In this document: positions 1 through 8,708 of the stretch, one piece after another
How the letters are laid out: every line of letters begins with the position of its first letter
Numbering within the stretch: position 1 is the stretch's first letter
Source: a virus
Taxonomy: Duplodnaviria; Caudoviricetes
DNA: 48,158 bases
Strand: one strand, 5' to 3'
IMG/VR virus record: IMGVR_UViG_3300005805_000133
Span: 1 to 48,158 of that record
The notes under the pieces: model-generated
What the model saw: the letters and a program-made list of their open reading frames with translations, nothing else
The model's database searches: none
Told to the model about the DNA's origin: nothing
Program-made: the position numbers and the translations under genes

Positions 1-161
1 CCGTTTTTTAGTTTGATAGTTTTATAGGTTGTTTTTGAAAACTTGCTTAATTTTTTGCCAATATATTTTTTATTTGTGACTGTATTGGTGATTAGGTACA
101 CGAACCCAATACAGTCCTCGGGTAATTCGTTTATAATGCTACCTTGAAATGTCCAAGACAT
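1..161 (-). CDS. GIY-YIG family (Seg-like) endonuclease, N-terminal part; runs off the window edge
   Basis: Not in the ORF track. Reading the minus strand from ATG at 161 gives MSWTFQGSIINELPEDCIGFVYLITNTVTNKKYIGKKLSKFSKTTYK..., containing the GFVY-x10-YIG form of the GIY-YIG motif. Confidence 0.8.
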   Translation of the reverse strand, partial: MSWTFQGSIINELPEDCIGFVYLITNTVTNKKYIGKKLSKFSKTTYKTIKLKN

Positions 162-164
162 TCA

Positions 165-362
165 TCATTTGGCAGACTTTGCCTCTTTCCTTGCTGCTTT
201 TTCTGCTGTGATTTCATTACGTCTAGTTTTAATAGCCTTACTCATTTCTGCAAGCGCCTTTCTAGCTCTTGTACCTGCTGCGGCATTACCGCTGATAAAC
301 TTTTCGTCTTCTTTCATAAACTCTTCAAATAGTCTTTGTAGTTGTGCTGTTGTTGTGTCCAT
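165..362 (-). CDS. Histone H1-like (Hc1 family) small basic nucleoid protein
   Basis: 65 aa with the motif F.SGNAAAGTRARKALAEMSK..K.RR, typical of Hc1-like proteins, and a Lys/Ala-rich tail. AAGGA RBS lies upstream. Confidence 0.7.
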   Translation of the reverse strand: MDTTTAQLQRLFEEFMKEDEKFISGNAAAGTRARKALAEMSKAIKTRRNEITAEKAARKEAKSAK

Positions 363-663
363 TCTTTTTTCCTTTAGGTCTGCCTGGTTTACCCTTATTG
401 GCTTCTCGCCAGGCTTTTAATTCTTCTTTTTTACGTTTCTGTTCTATTTTATAGTTTTCTAAACTTTCAAAATATGCTGCAATACTTGCTCGCCATAATT
501 TTCTTTCTAGCTTAATCATAGCTTTTATAGCTTGGCTAAATGCTCTTGCCGGCCTTTGTCCACCTCGCCTTAAGAACAGATGATGGTAGTTATGCAAATT
601 TACAGCGTGTTCCAAATATTCTGAATATAAGGACTTATAATACTCTAACTTTTCATTGGACAT
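325..663 (-). CDS. Hypothetical basic helical protein with a C-terminal AT-hook-like motif
   Basis: 112-aa ORF overlapping both neighbours in an operon-like arrangement; KGKPGRPKGKK near the C-terminus. Confidence 0.55.
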   Translation of the reverse strand: MSNEKLEYYKSLYSEYLEHAVNLHNYHHLFLRRGGQRPARAFSQAIKAMIKLERKLWRASIAAYFESLENYKIEQKRKKEELKAWREANKGKPGRPKGKKNGHNNSTTTKTI

Positions 664-2434
664 AATCTATATCATTGCTGTATGAAGTAAATCCGTTTTC
701 TTTTATTACACGTAATACATTATTAACTCTACCTACTAGCTCATCTTTGTGACTGATAAGGTAGATATTTTTATTACGATCCCTTGCCATCTTTTTAAGC
801 ACTGCCAATGCTGCCTCTACACCCGCCGAGTCCATACCGGCGTCTACTAGTTCGTCAATGAATAGGAGATTTATGTTTTGGTATAAACCTTCCCATACAT
901 CCCTAAAGGCGAAACTCATGGATAAAATTAATCTATTACGTTCTCCCCTGGAAAGATTATCAAAGTCTAGGTCCTGTCCTAACTGAGTAATTTCCACATT
1001 AAGGTCATTTTGAAACTTAACTTGATGTGGTAAGCCCAGTTTATCTATATAATAGCCTAGTCGTTTGTTTAGATAAGTTAAGTTTTGATCAATAATACGT
1101 TTACGTATGAAACTATCTTTATTTGTTAACAGTTTATAAAGAAACTCTTGATGTTCTTTTAACTTTACAAGGTCGTTCACCGCTGTCCAGTCTATATCTT
1201 GCAGTGCAGTATTTTGAAGTTCTTCGATTTGTTCTTCATATGGATTTATTTCTGTTGCCTTATCTATTAATGATTTTTCTAAGTTAGCAAGATTGTTTTT
1301 ATGACCTAATGCTTCTGCTTCTGTTTCATAAAAGGTGGAAGGTTTTTTAGGTTGATTAACTATAGGTTCTATTTCATTTATAACATTTCCTAGATCCTGC
1401 ACAACTTTTAAGGCGTAAGTTTCCGCATCCTGTTTGTAGGTAAGAGCTTCTGCCAGCATTTCTTCATGTTTATGATCATGTAGTTGCTGCTCACAGGCAT
1501 GACATCGTTTGTCTTTAAGTTTTTCTATTTCTGAAAGATATTTTTTTACGGTTTTTTCAGCCTGCATTACCGCAGTTTCTAGAGTTGCCTGTTGTTTCCT
1601 AAGTTCTTTAAGTCGGTTGTCATTCTCTAGCCAAGTCTTTAAAGCAGAATGAGCTGCTATTTCACTGTCAATGTCTACAGATTCCAAGTTTACAATAGCT
1701 CTGCCCAGCGACTCTAACTCTTGATCATGTTTATTACTCCAAGCAGAGCTTTTTATTTTTAGACTGTCGATACTTTTTTGTACATTTTCGTTAGCAGCCT
1801 TTATGGCATCTATCTTAGCTGTTTCTTGTTGAATAAGATCTTTGGAATCTTTTATAACATTTTTTAGTGCCTCTGCCTTTTCACTAAGTTGTGTAATTCC
1901 TAATAGTTGCTCGATGACTTCCCGTTGATCGGCAGCTCGCATACTAAGAAACGGTTCAGTGTAAGTATTCAATGCTACAAGATGTTTAAACATAGTATGA
2001 CTCATCTCTAACATATCTTCAATGTTACGCTGAGTTTCTCTACTATCTCCTTGACTTTCATCTTCGGATTCGTCAGTCTTCATTTCCGAATCGTTGACAA
2101 ACAGTTTCAATACATTAGGTTTGCGGCCACGTTCGATGCGATATCGGTTACGATTCTTTTCGAACTCTACAGTAACTAACATATTTTTGCCGTTAGTTTT
2201 GTTGATAAGATTTTCTTTACGTATATTTGTCAGTGCCTGACCATAGAGAGCATAGCTTAGTGCATTAACAATAGTAGTTTTGCCTGTACCATTTCTTGAG
2301 CCTGTGTCATCTCCTCCTAGATCTAGGTTTGAACCTAGTACTAGAGTAAGATGTTCACGATCGAAATCTACAGCCTGAGTTTGGTTACCCACACTCATGA
2401 AGTTTTTTACAGTTAAGTTTTTAAGTTTGAACAT
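653..2434 (-). CDS. gp46: Recombination endonuclease ATPase subunit (T4 gp46 / SbcC / Rad50-like)
   Basis: N-terminal KNFMSVGN, Walker A NGTGKTT, long coiled coil with zinc-hook CHAC, ABC signature LSRGE, Walker B LLFIDE and H-loop ISH. Confidence 0.95.
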   Translation of the reverse strand: MFKLKNLTVKNFMSVGNQTQAVDFDREHLTLVLGSNLDLGGDDTGSRNGTGKTTIVNALSYALYGQALTNIRKENLINKTNGKNMLVTVEFEKNRNRYRIERGRKPNVLKLFVNDSEMKTDESEDESQGDSRETQRNIEDMLEMSHTMFKHLVALNTYTEPFLSMRAADQREVIEQLLGITQLSEKAEALKNVIKDSKDLIQQETAKIDAIKAANENVQKSIDSLKIKSSAWSNKHDQELESLGRAIVNLESVDIDSEIAAHSALKTWLENDNRLKELRKQQATLETAVMQAEKTVKKYLSEIEKLKDKRCHACEQQLHDHKHEEMLAEALTYKQDAETYALKVVQDLGNVINEIEPIVNQPKKPSTFYETEAEALGHKNNLANLEKSLIDKATEINPYEEQIEELQNTALQDIDWTAVNDLVKLKEHQEFLYKLLTNKDSFIRKRIIDQNLTYLNKRLGYYIDKLGLPHQVKFQNDLNVEITQLGQDLDFDNLSRGERNRLILSMSFAFRDVWEGLYQNINLLFIDELVDAGMDSAGVEAALAVLKKMARDRNKNIYLISHKDELVGRVNNVLRVIKENGFTSYSNDIDYVQ

Positions 2435-3447
2435 TATAGATTGTTATAGATTTCAATAAGAGTATTTTTGTTATATTGCCCATTGTCTAAGCTGAGTAGT
2501 TGTTCGGCCACAATTTGATCCACACTTTCGAAAACTGCATCAGGATTATCTTCATATGTGCCTTCTAGATTACTTTTATCTAAGATAAGACTGATTTCAC
2601 GTATGTCATACTCATTCATAAAAGTTTCTTTAATAAAGTTCGCTTCTTCAAAACTAATATCAATATCTAAGTTTACTTTTAAGTGCATTTTAGACTTCAT
2701 AACCGTTTCTTTACGATCAATAAGGTCACTAAGTGTTATGGTGCGATACTTAGGACAATCTTCCCAGTCATGAAACTCTGGTTTGCCGCCCCATTCTAAT
2801 ATCATCATACCACGTTCGTCGTCCCATGTATCTGAAAAGTTATGTGGAAATGCATTTCCGATATAGATGACCTTGTCGCGTTGTTGACGTTTGTGAAAGT
2901 GCCCACTGAAAACATAGTCTGGATGTTTAAAATGATGGCTCTGTAATTCACCGTGATCAGGCATTTGCACCATGGCATTCATATAGAACAATGGTAGTTC
3001 GAAATGACCAAATATATATTTGCTCTTAATCTTTTCTATGGTCTTCCACTCATCTCCTACTAACCAAGGAACAAGAGTAACACCGCCTAGAGTGGTAACA
3101 GTGTCTACGACAGTAACACCAGGTATGTGGCGACCGAAGGCACTGCTATGGATATCACGCTTGTCTTTGTAGTATAGGTCGTGATTACCTGGAAACCAAA
3201 AGAACTGTTGAAAACCTTTGCCTAGTTTTTCTAAACATCGTAAACTAGTATCTAGTGTTATAAGATTAAGGCTGTTACGATTATGACTCCAATCTCCGAG
3301 AAAGATACCAGTTTCACAACCGTTGGCTTGTGCAGTTTCTATATACCAATCTACAAACTCTTCACAGTCTTTTAGATGAGTATTTGAGTTTCCCTTAAGA
3401 CCAAAATGTATATCAGTAAAACATGCTACCTTCTTAAAAAGATTCAT
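2434..3447 (-). CDS. gp47: Recombination endonuclease nuclease subunit (T4 gp47 / SbcD / Mre11-like)
   Basis: Metallophosphoesterase motifs TDIHFG, GD, GNHD, GH and GHFH; adjacent to gp46 with a TAATG overlap. Confidence 0.95.
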   Translation of the reverse strand: MNLFKKVACFTDIHFGLKGNSNTHLKDCEEFVDWYIETAQANGCETGIFLGDWSHNRNSLNLITLDTSLRCLEKLGKGFQQFFWFPGNHDLYYKDKRDIHSSAFGRHIPGVTVVDTVTTLGGVTLVPWLVGDEWKTIEKIKSKYIFGHFELPLFYMNAMVQMPDHGELQSHHFKHPDYVFSGHFHKRQQRDKVIYIGNAFPHNFSDTWDDERGMMILEWGGKPEFHDWEDCPKYRTITLSDLIDRKETVMKSKMHLKVNLDIDISFEEANFIKETFMNEYDIREISLILDKSNLEGTYEDNPDAVFESVDQIVAEQLLSLDNGQYNKNTLIEIYNNL

Positions 3448-3466
3448 ATGTTATTCTCCTATAGGA

Positions 3467-3496
3467 AGTATAGCATTTATGCCGATTAAAAGTCAA
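3467..3496 (-). promoter_or_regulatory. Putative sigma70-type promoter for gp47/gp46
   Basis: Minus strand TTGACT-18 nt-TATACT with TG extended -10, followed by an AGGAG RBS before the gp47 ATG. Confidence 0.5.
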
Positions 3497-4413
3497 GCCT
3501 TTGCCTCTGCGTCTTCCCCATCTTCCTCTTCAACTTCAGCTTCATCACTCTTAGGCATACGTAAGTTTTTATATAACTCTGCTTGCCTTGCAGTTTCTTC
3601 TGCGTATTCATGAGCGTTCTGTCTTGTTGAGCTTGGTGTTAGACCTGCTTCTTCTAACATATCATCTCTAATATTTTGATTTTTCTTTTCAATGTTTAAA
3701 ATGCGTGTGAACGAGTTAGTGACTGCTGCTGTGTAGTAGGCGAATGGGTTTTCTGATTTACTTTCATCGAACTGAAGACCGATTTGACTAAGTTGTAAAA
3801 TAGCCTGTCCTTTCATTTCGTCGATATAAGTATATCCTCGCCAGTTGCTACGTTGAGCATAACGTTCTGAAAGTTTAATGAACATGCGTCCTAGCCCTTC
3901 TGTAATACGTCCATGTTCTTTACTAAACTTGCCTGTTTTCATTCCTCCGCGCCAGTGACTTTTGCCCACACAGACTAGTTCATCTTCGTCATTAAACTTC
4001 CAATGTTGAAACGGGGGAAAGTTTACTTTTTCATGACTATCTGCTGTAGTTTTTGTAGTCTTTTTTCTACCTGGTGCTAGAGGTACATGATCGTAGGTCA
4101 TTATTCTAATAACAATGTCGGTCTTGGCAATGGTTTTATAGTCGGGAGTTACATCTCCTAGTTTTACTTTCTTATCTCCTGCCATTCTAGCTTCAGTGAA
4201 AGCAATAATGCCTAATCGTTTAGCACGATTACGTTTGGCTTCTGCTATGGTTCTGATGTTTACCTTTTCTAAGTTTGGTAAAATTATATCGTATTGTTGG
4301 TAATCGGGTTTAGTAAAACTTGAAAAACTGCATTTGCTTTTGTGTATTTCTGCTAGAAGATCTCTGTTGTTTAGATATTTTACTTTTCGAGTACCGATTA
4401 TTGCTATGGTCAT
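3493..4413 (-). CDS. gp55: Late-transcription sigma factor (T4 gp55-like), with a large insertion
   Basis: N-terminal YLNNRDLL, NWRGYTYIDEM and FD..KSENPFAYYT..N.F.R are gp55 motifs; synteny 55-47-46 matches T4-like phages. Confidence 0.9.
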   Translation of the reverse strand: MTIAIIGTRKVKYLNNRDLLAEIHKSKCSFSSFTKPDYQQYDIILPNLEKVNIRTIAEAKRNRAKRLGIIAFTEARMAGDKKVKLGDVTPDYKTIAKTDIVIRIMTYDHVPLAPGRKKTTKTTADSHEKVNFPPFQHWKFNDEDELVCVGKSHWRGGMKTGKFSKEHGRITEGLGRMFIKLSERYAQRSNWRGYTYIDEMKGQAILQLSQIGLQFDESKSENPFAYYTAAVTNSFTRILNIEKKNQNIRDDMLEEAGLTPSSTRQNAHEYAEETARQAELYKNLRMPKSDEAEVEEEDGEDAEAKA

Positions 4414-4437
4414 ATTGTTTTATGGTCCTTTTTAATT

Positions 4438-4465
4438 ATTATAACACAAAATTGCTCTGTGTCAA
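4438..4465 (-). promoter_or_regulatory. sigma70-type early promoter for gp55
   Basis: Minus strand TTGACA-16 nt-TATAAT, followed by an AAGGA RBS. Confidence 0.7.
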
Positions 4466-4501
4466 CCAAATAAGTAATAAAACTAGCAGTTTATTTTTGG
4501 T

Positions 4502-4514
4502 TAAATAAGGTATA
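4502..4514 (+). promoter_or_regulatory. Putative gp55-dependent late promoter at the head of the baseplate operon
   Basis: TAAATA box within TAAATAAGGTATA; the same 13-mer occurs at 11260-11272; GAGG RBS follows. Confidence 0.6.
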
Positions 4515-4526
4515 GAGGATATATTT

Positions 4527-5339
4527 ATGGCGGAAAATGTATTAGGTCCTGATCCTACAATACAGCAGTTTGATGATGGTAGTTCTATAAAACGATTTGA
4601 TGACGGATCTGTCCTAGTCACTGATTCCGAAGGAGGAGTGGCGGGTATTCCTGCCGGTGCAGAGCCTAACAGTATAACACCCGCTACAGTTAATGTTCGT
4701 AGCCTAAGAAGTAGCGGTGTGGAAAATGATCTTAGAGTAAGGATAAGAGTTCCCGATTTATATCTTAAAAAATCTACTGCGGGTATATATGGAGAGTTAT
4801 ATAACCTAAAAGGTATTATATTTCCTTACACACCTCAAATATCCTATGATGTTAGAGCCGAGTATTCCAGTCCCCAGCTTTTACATGCTAACTTTCCGCA
4901 ACATTTTTACACAAGATCTACCTTGGGTACTATTCAAATACAGGGCAGGATAACTGTACAAAATGAAAAAGATGCAGGTGTTTATATAGCCACAATACAT
5001 TTACTGAAATCTTTAACTAAAATGCGCACAGCAAATGATACTGTTGCAGGAAGTCCTCCTCCTATATGTAGGTTACAGGGCTACGGTGATTACATGTTAA
5101 ACAATGTGCCTGTGGTTATAACGACTTATAGAGTTGATTTACCTGAAAATGTAGATTATTTTACTATGGGTAAGGAACAAGAAAATAATATCTACGGTAA
5201 AAATACAGTGCCCACTATTAGTCAGTTAACAGTAAACTGTATGGTAATGTATAGCAGACGAGAGATTCAAGAGTTTTCTGTAACAGACTGGTTAACAAAA
5301 ACCAAAGGCACTGACTTTAGAAATAAAGGATTTATCTAA
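4527..5339 (+). CDS. Baseplate / tail-tube-initiator-type structural protein
   Basis: First gene of the baseplate cluster, directly before gp53. IIFPYTP and SPPPICRL.GYG..MLNNVPVVIT.Y..D motifs resemble tube-fold baseplate proteins of contractile systems. Confidence 0.6.
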   Translation: MAENVLGPDPTIQQFDDGSSIKRFDDGSVLVTDSEGGVAGIPAGAEPNSITPATVNVRSLRSSGVENDLRVRIRVPDLYLKKSTAGIYGELYNLKGIIFPYTPQISYDVRAEYSSPQLLHANFPQHFYTRSTLGTIQIQGRITVQNEKDAGVYIATIHLLKSLTKMRTANDTVAGSPPPICRLQGYGDYMLNNVPVVITTYRVDLPENVDYFTMGKEQENNIYGKNTVPTISQLTVNCMVMYSRREIQEFSVTDWLTKTKGTDFRNKGFI

Positions 5340-5638
5340 TGGCTGTGTATTCAAAAACAAGTCCTTATTTTGATACAGAAACTTCTAAAGGTTATTTAGA
5401 TGTAATGACTTATAGAAACTTTACCATAGAGGACGATGACATTTTATGGGAAGTTACAAAAAACTATGAACATAGGCCTGATCTATTAGCTTACCATCTG
5501 TATAAAGATCAAGGGCTGTGGTGGGTATTTGCTATGAGAAATGGCAGTGTTTTGAAAGATCCTGTTTATGATTTAGTCGCTGGTGCTAAAATATATTTGC
5601 CAAAAATAAGCACCTTAAGAAAAGACCTAGGTATATGA
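5339..5638 (+). CDS. gp53: Baseplate wedge protein gp53-like (LysM-like)
   Basis: RPDLLAY.LY....LWWVFA..N motif; position before the hub and spike genes. Confidence 0.8.
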   Translation: MAVYSKTSPYFDTETSKGYLDVMTYRNFTIEDDDILWEVTKNYEHRPDLLAYHLYKDQGLWWVFAMRNGSVLKDPVYDLVAGAKIYLPKISTLRKDLGI

Positions 5639-5639
5639 T

Positions 5640-8600
5640 ATGGCGGATACTACGGCAGAGCGTAAAACAGTTGTAAATGCAGGTAGTCTTACTGTAAGTG
5701 CTAAGAGAGAAGTTAAATCAACAGATCAAAAGACGCCTGAGTTTGTAAAAGGCAATGTCTTAAACAAATACAGATCATATACCTATAACTTTACTCTAGC
5801 TGCACTACCTAAAGATTTATTAAAAAATCCTAAAGCCTATAGAACTAAAGGGTACAACTTTGATTTTGTTATTTTAAAATCTGGAGGAAAAGGTAAAGAT
5901 GCCATTAATGCTAAGGCTTCTGCAGGTTTAACAGTTACTAAAACTTTTCAAGGAGAAAATGAACTAGGTAATATTTCTGTAACTGAAAATAATCTTAAGT
6001 TAGGTCAAGAGTTGGTAGAAAAATTTAACCAATCTAGTCCTGGCAGATTCGATATGTACATAGATGATGTAGAAATCGAAACGCTAATGGCTTTTACACC
6101 CGGTACAAATACTTCTTTTGCTAATAAGATTCATTTTTCTGTGTTGGAACCATTCAGTATCAATGGATTTCCTGAAGCATTACATGTGGGTGCTGTTAGC
6201 GCGGGTTATTTAAACTATATTCAAGCAAGTTTTGTGCTAGTTATGGAATTTATAGGCTATCCAGACAACGTTGATTTACCTACACCCGAGCCTATTGAAC
6301 ATACCAAACGGTATTTTGTATTAAAACTTAATGGCTTTCAAGCTGAAGTATCTGAACAAGGAACAAAATATAAAGTTACTTGCGTACCTTATCATGAAAG
6401 TGCAATGGGTAATGCCAATGTGCTAAAAGAACCTATTCAAATGAAGGGTAACTATGTAAAAGATATTTTAAAAAACTTTGAGCAAAGTTTGAATGAGCAG
6501 TTGAAGAATAGCGATCAAAAGTATAAAGGTAAAGGTAATACCTTAATATACGACAAATACGAAATAAAATTCGCTGACATAGAAAATAATATTTTAGATA
6601 CAGAAAAAAATACAAATATATTTGCAGAAAGTAAAGTTTTAGAACTTTCAAAAGAAAAAAGTTTATATAGATTTCCTGATCCTGGCAATAGTCAACAAGT
6701 GGCAGATAATCAACAACGTTCAACTAATACAAACTACGGTACAAGGGACGATCCTAGACAAGGCAGAAGCTATTCAGGTAATGTAGATGGACAAAGAGCA
6801 AATAACACAGGTACTAGACCGGTTGGAAACAAGCCTAGAGAATCCACAAACAGCGGTTATTGGTTATATACTCCTGATGAAGTAGTTGTACAGTTTCCAG
6901 AAGGTTCTAGGATACACGAATGTTTAGCAGCAGTCTTGAGAGATAGTCAATATACACGTAGCATTTTGGAAAATATGGACAAAAGTGGAACTAAAGATGA
7001 AAATGACATGGTTACTTATTTTGCTATACTTACTGAAACAGAGTCAGGCGAAATAGATCCAGTTACTAATAAACAACAACAGGTGTTTAGATATATTATT
7101 GTTCCTCATAAAATACATTTCACACGTATACCCGGTTATCAAAGTCAGAAATATGACACACAAAAGCTTCAAAGCAAAGTAATAAGAGATTACAAATACT
7201 TGTACAGTGGAACTAACCAGGACTTAATCAACTTTAAATTAAACTTTAATACATTATTTTTCGAAGCTATTCCTAAAGCGTTAGGCAATGCAGACTATCT
7301 TTTTTCAAATGATGCTCTGGGAAAAGAAAATGAAAATAAACCTGTGCTAACCGCTGACAATATTGATAATGTTAAACGTGATAGTGTGGGAACAAGTCCT
7401 ATACAGGTCAATCCTGAAACACAGAAGGTATCTAATATAGGCACCGCCGGGCCTTTAAGTGTTAATCCATTTGATGTAATGACTAGACAGATGCATGAAG
7501 CTATAATCAATTCAAAAGCATCTTTGCTAACTGGTGAAATTGAAATACTGGGTGATCCGTTGTTTCTAACAACGTCGGGTCAGGGAAACTATAATCCACA
7601 GTTTCAAACAGCAGACACTACCTTGACAGTAGACGGAGAAGTGAGTTATCAACTTCGTGAAGTACATGTCGGTATTACTTTCCAAAATCCTGTGGACATA
7701 GGACAAGATGGGTTATACGAATTTCAAAAAGAACGTATACCGTTCAGCGGAGTTTATAGAGTTAATACTGTTAAAAGTTTTTTTAATCAAGGGTTGTTTA
7801 AACAAACATTGTCTGTGATGCGTATGCCAGGGCAGTTTGTTAACAAAGGTACTGTTGTAGCTACTGATCCTGCAGAAAAGATGGAGTTTGAACCTGACCC
7901 TTATAACAGGATAGTAACTGATACCAGTCGACGTATACCAAATAGTGCCGCCACAGGGCAGACTATTAATTTATTATCTCAGTTAGGAACATTAGTTAGT
8001 GGTATAACAGGAGCGGTAGGGGGTGTTGTCAGTGGTGTAACCGGTGCTCTTACCAGTGCAGTAACAGATGTTACCACAAAAATAAATTCTGTAACAGCAG
8101 GTGTAACGAGTGAAGTAGCAGCATTGTCTAGTAAGTTAGGAATAACTGCCTCACAGTTACAGTCGGCAAGTCCTTTAGTATTAGCTCAGTTTGCATTATT
8201 GGCAAAAAGTTTGCCAAGTGATGTGGATCCTGCTGCGGCAGCTAAACAAGGTGTTGCCACACAATATATTCCTGTAGCAAAATACACAAACTTGCCACCT
8301 ATAGCTCCCGCATCAAAAGCACCGGACGTTGAAGTTAATACTGCTGATATAGAAAACTTAATGAAAGTCGGTGGTGCTGCTGCACTAGCACTAGCTTACG
8401 GAGTTAATAGTACTGATAAAATTTCCAGTTCTATGATTAATAAATCCCAGACACAAAACTTGCTTGCTGCTAGTCCCGGAATACAAAATCCATTAAGTTT
8501 ACTCAACAGGCAAGTCAGTGCAGCTGACACAACCGCAGCAGCAGACAAGAAACTTGTACAGGCTAACCTTGTTAGCAATAGTAAAGAAGTAAATCTTAAA

Positions 8601-8708
8601 GTCAGTAACTCTTTACTCGCTGTAGGTTTAAATCCTGCTGCTACAGTAGTTCATGGAAGTAAAATAGAAAGCCCATTAGGTAAGTTTGTTAACAGAGATA
8701 CAGCATGA
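5640..8708 (+). CDS. Baseplate hub protein (gp27-like) with a low-complexity C-terminal extension
   Basis: Located between gp53 and gp5; hub-type motifs EIEILGDP and FSGVYRV..V...F..G.F.Q.L. The last ~250 aa are Ala/Gly/Ser/Thr/Val-rich. Confidence 0.65.
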   Translation: MADTTAERKTVVNAGSLTVSAKREVKSTDQKTPEFVKGNVLNKYRSYTYNFTLAALPKDLLKNPKAYRTKGYNFDFVILKSGGKGKDAINAKASAGLTVTKTFQGENELGNISVTENNLKLGQELVEKFNQSSPGRFDMYIDDVEIETLMAFTPGTNTSFANKIHFSVLEPFSINGFPEALHVGAVSAGYLNYIQASFVLVMEFIGYPDNVDLPTPEPIEHTKRYFVLKLNGFQAEVSEQGTKYKVTCVPYHESAMGNANVLKEPIQMKGNYVKDILKNFEQSLNEQLKNSDQKYKGKGNTLIYDKYEIKFADIENNILDTEKNTNIFAESKVLELSKEKSLYRFPDPGNSQQVADNQQRSTNTNYGTRDDPRQGRSYSGNVDGQRANNTGTRPVGNKPRESTNSGYWLYTPDEVVVQFPEGSRIHECLAAVLRDSQYTRSILENMDKSGTKDENDMVTYFAILTETESGEIDPVTNKQQQVFRYIIVPHKIHFTRIPGYQSQKYDTQKLQSKVIRDYKYLYSGTNQDLINFKLNFNTLFFEAIPKALGNADYLFSNDALGKENENKPVLTADNIDNVKRDSVGTSPIQVNPETQKVSNIGTAGPLSVNPFDVMTRQMHEAIINSKASLLTGEIEILGDPLFLTTSGQGNYNPQFQTADTTLTVDGEVSYQLREVHVGITFQNPVDIGQDGLYEFQKERIPFSGVYRVNTVKSFFNQGLFKQTLSVMRMPGQFVNKGTVVATDPAEKMEFEPDPYNRIVTDTSRRIPNSAATGQTINLLSQLGTLVSGITGAVGGVVSGVTGALTSAVTDVTTKINSVTAGVTSEVAALSSKLGITASQLQSASPLVLAQFALLAKSLPSDVDPAAAAKQGVATQYIPVAKYTNLPPIAPASKAPDVEVNTADIENLMKVGGAAALALAYGVNSTDKISSSMINKSQTQNLLAASPGIQNPLSLLNRQVSAADTTAAADKKLVQANLVSNSKEVNLKVSNSLLAVGLNPAATVVHGSKIESPLGKFVNRDTA

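Noticed and set aside
165-362. Inferring a Bacteroidota or Chlamydiota host from the Hc1-like gene
   Set aside because: A single mobile gene is weak evidence. TTGACA/TATAAT promoters and AGGAG RBSs argue against Bacteroidota, and the host cannot be fixed from this window.
4466-4500. Imperfect inverted repeat between divergent promoters
   Set aside because: It is AT-rich and weak, and could arise by chance at this base composition.
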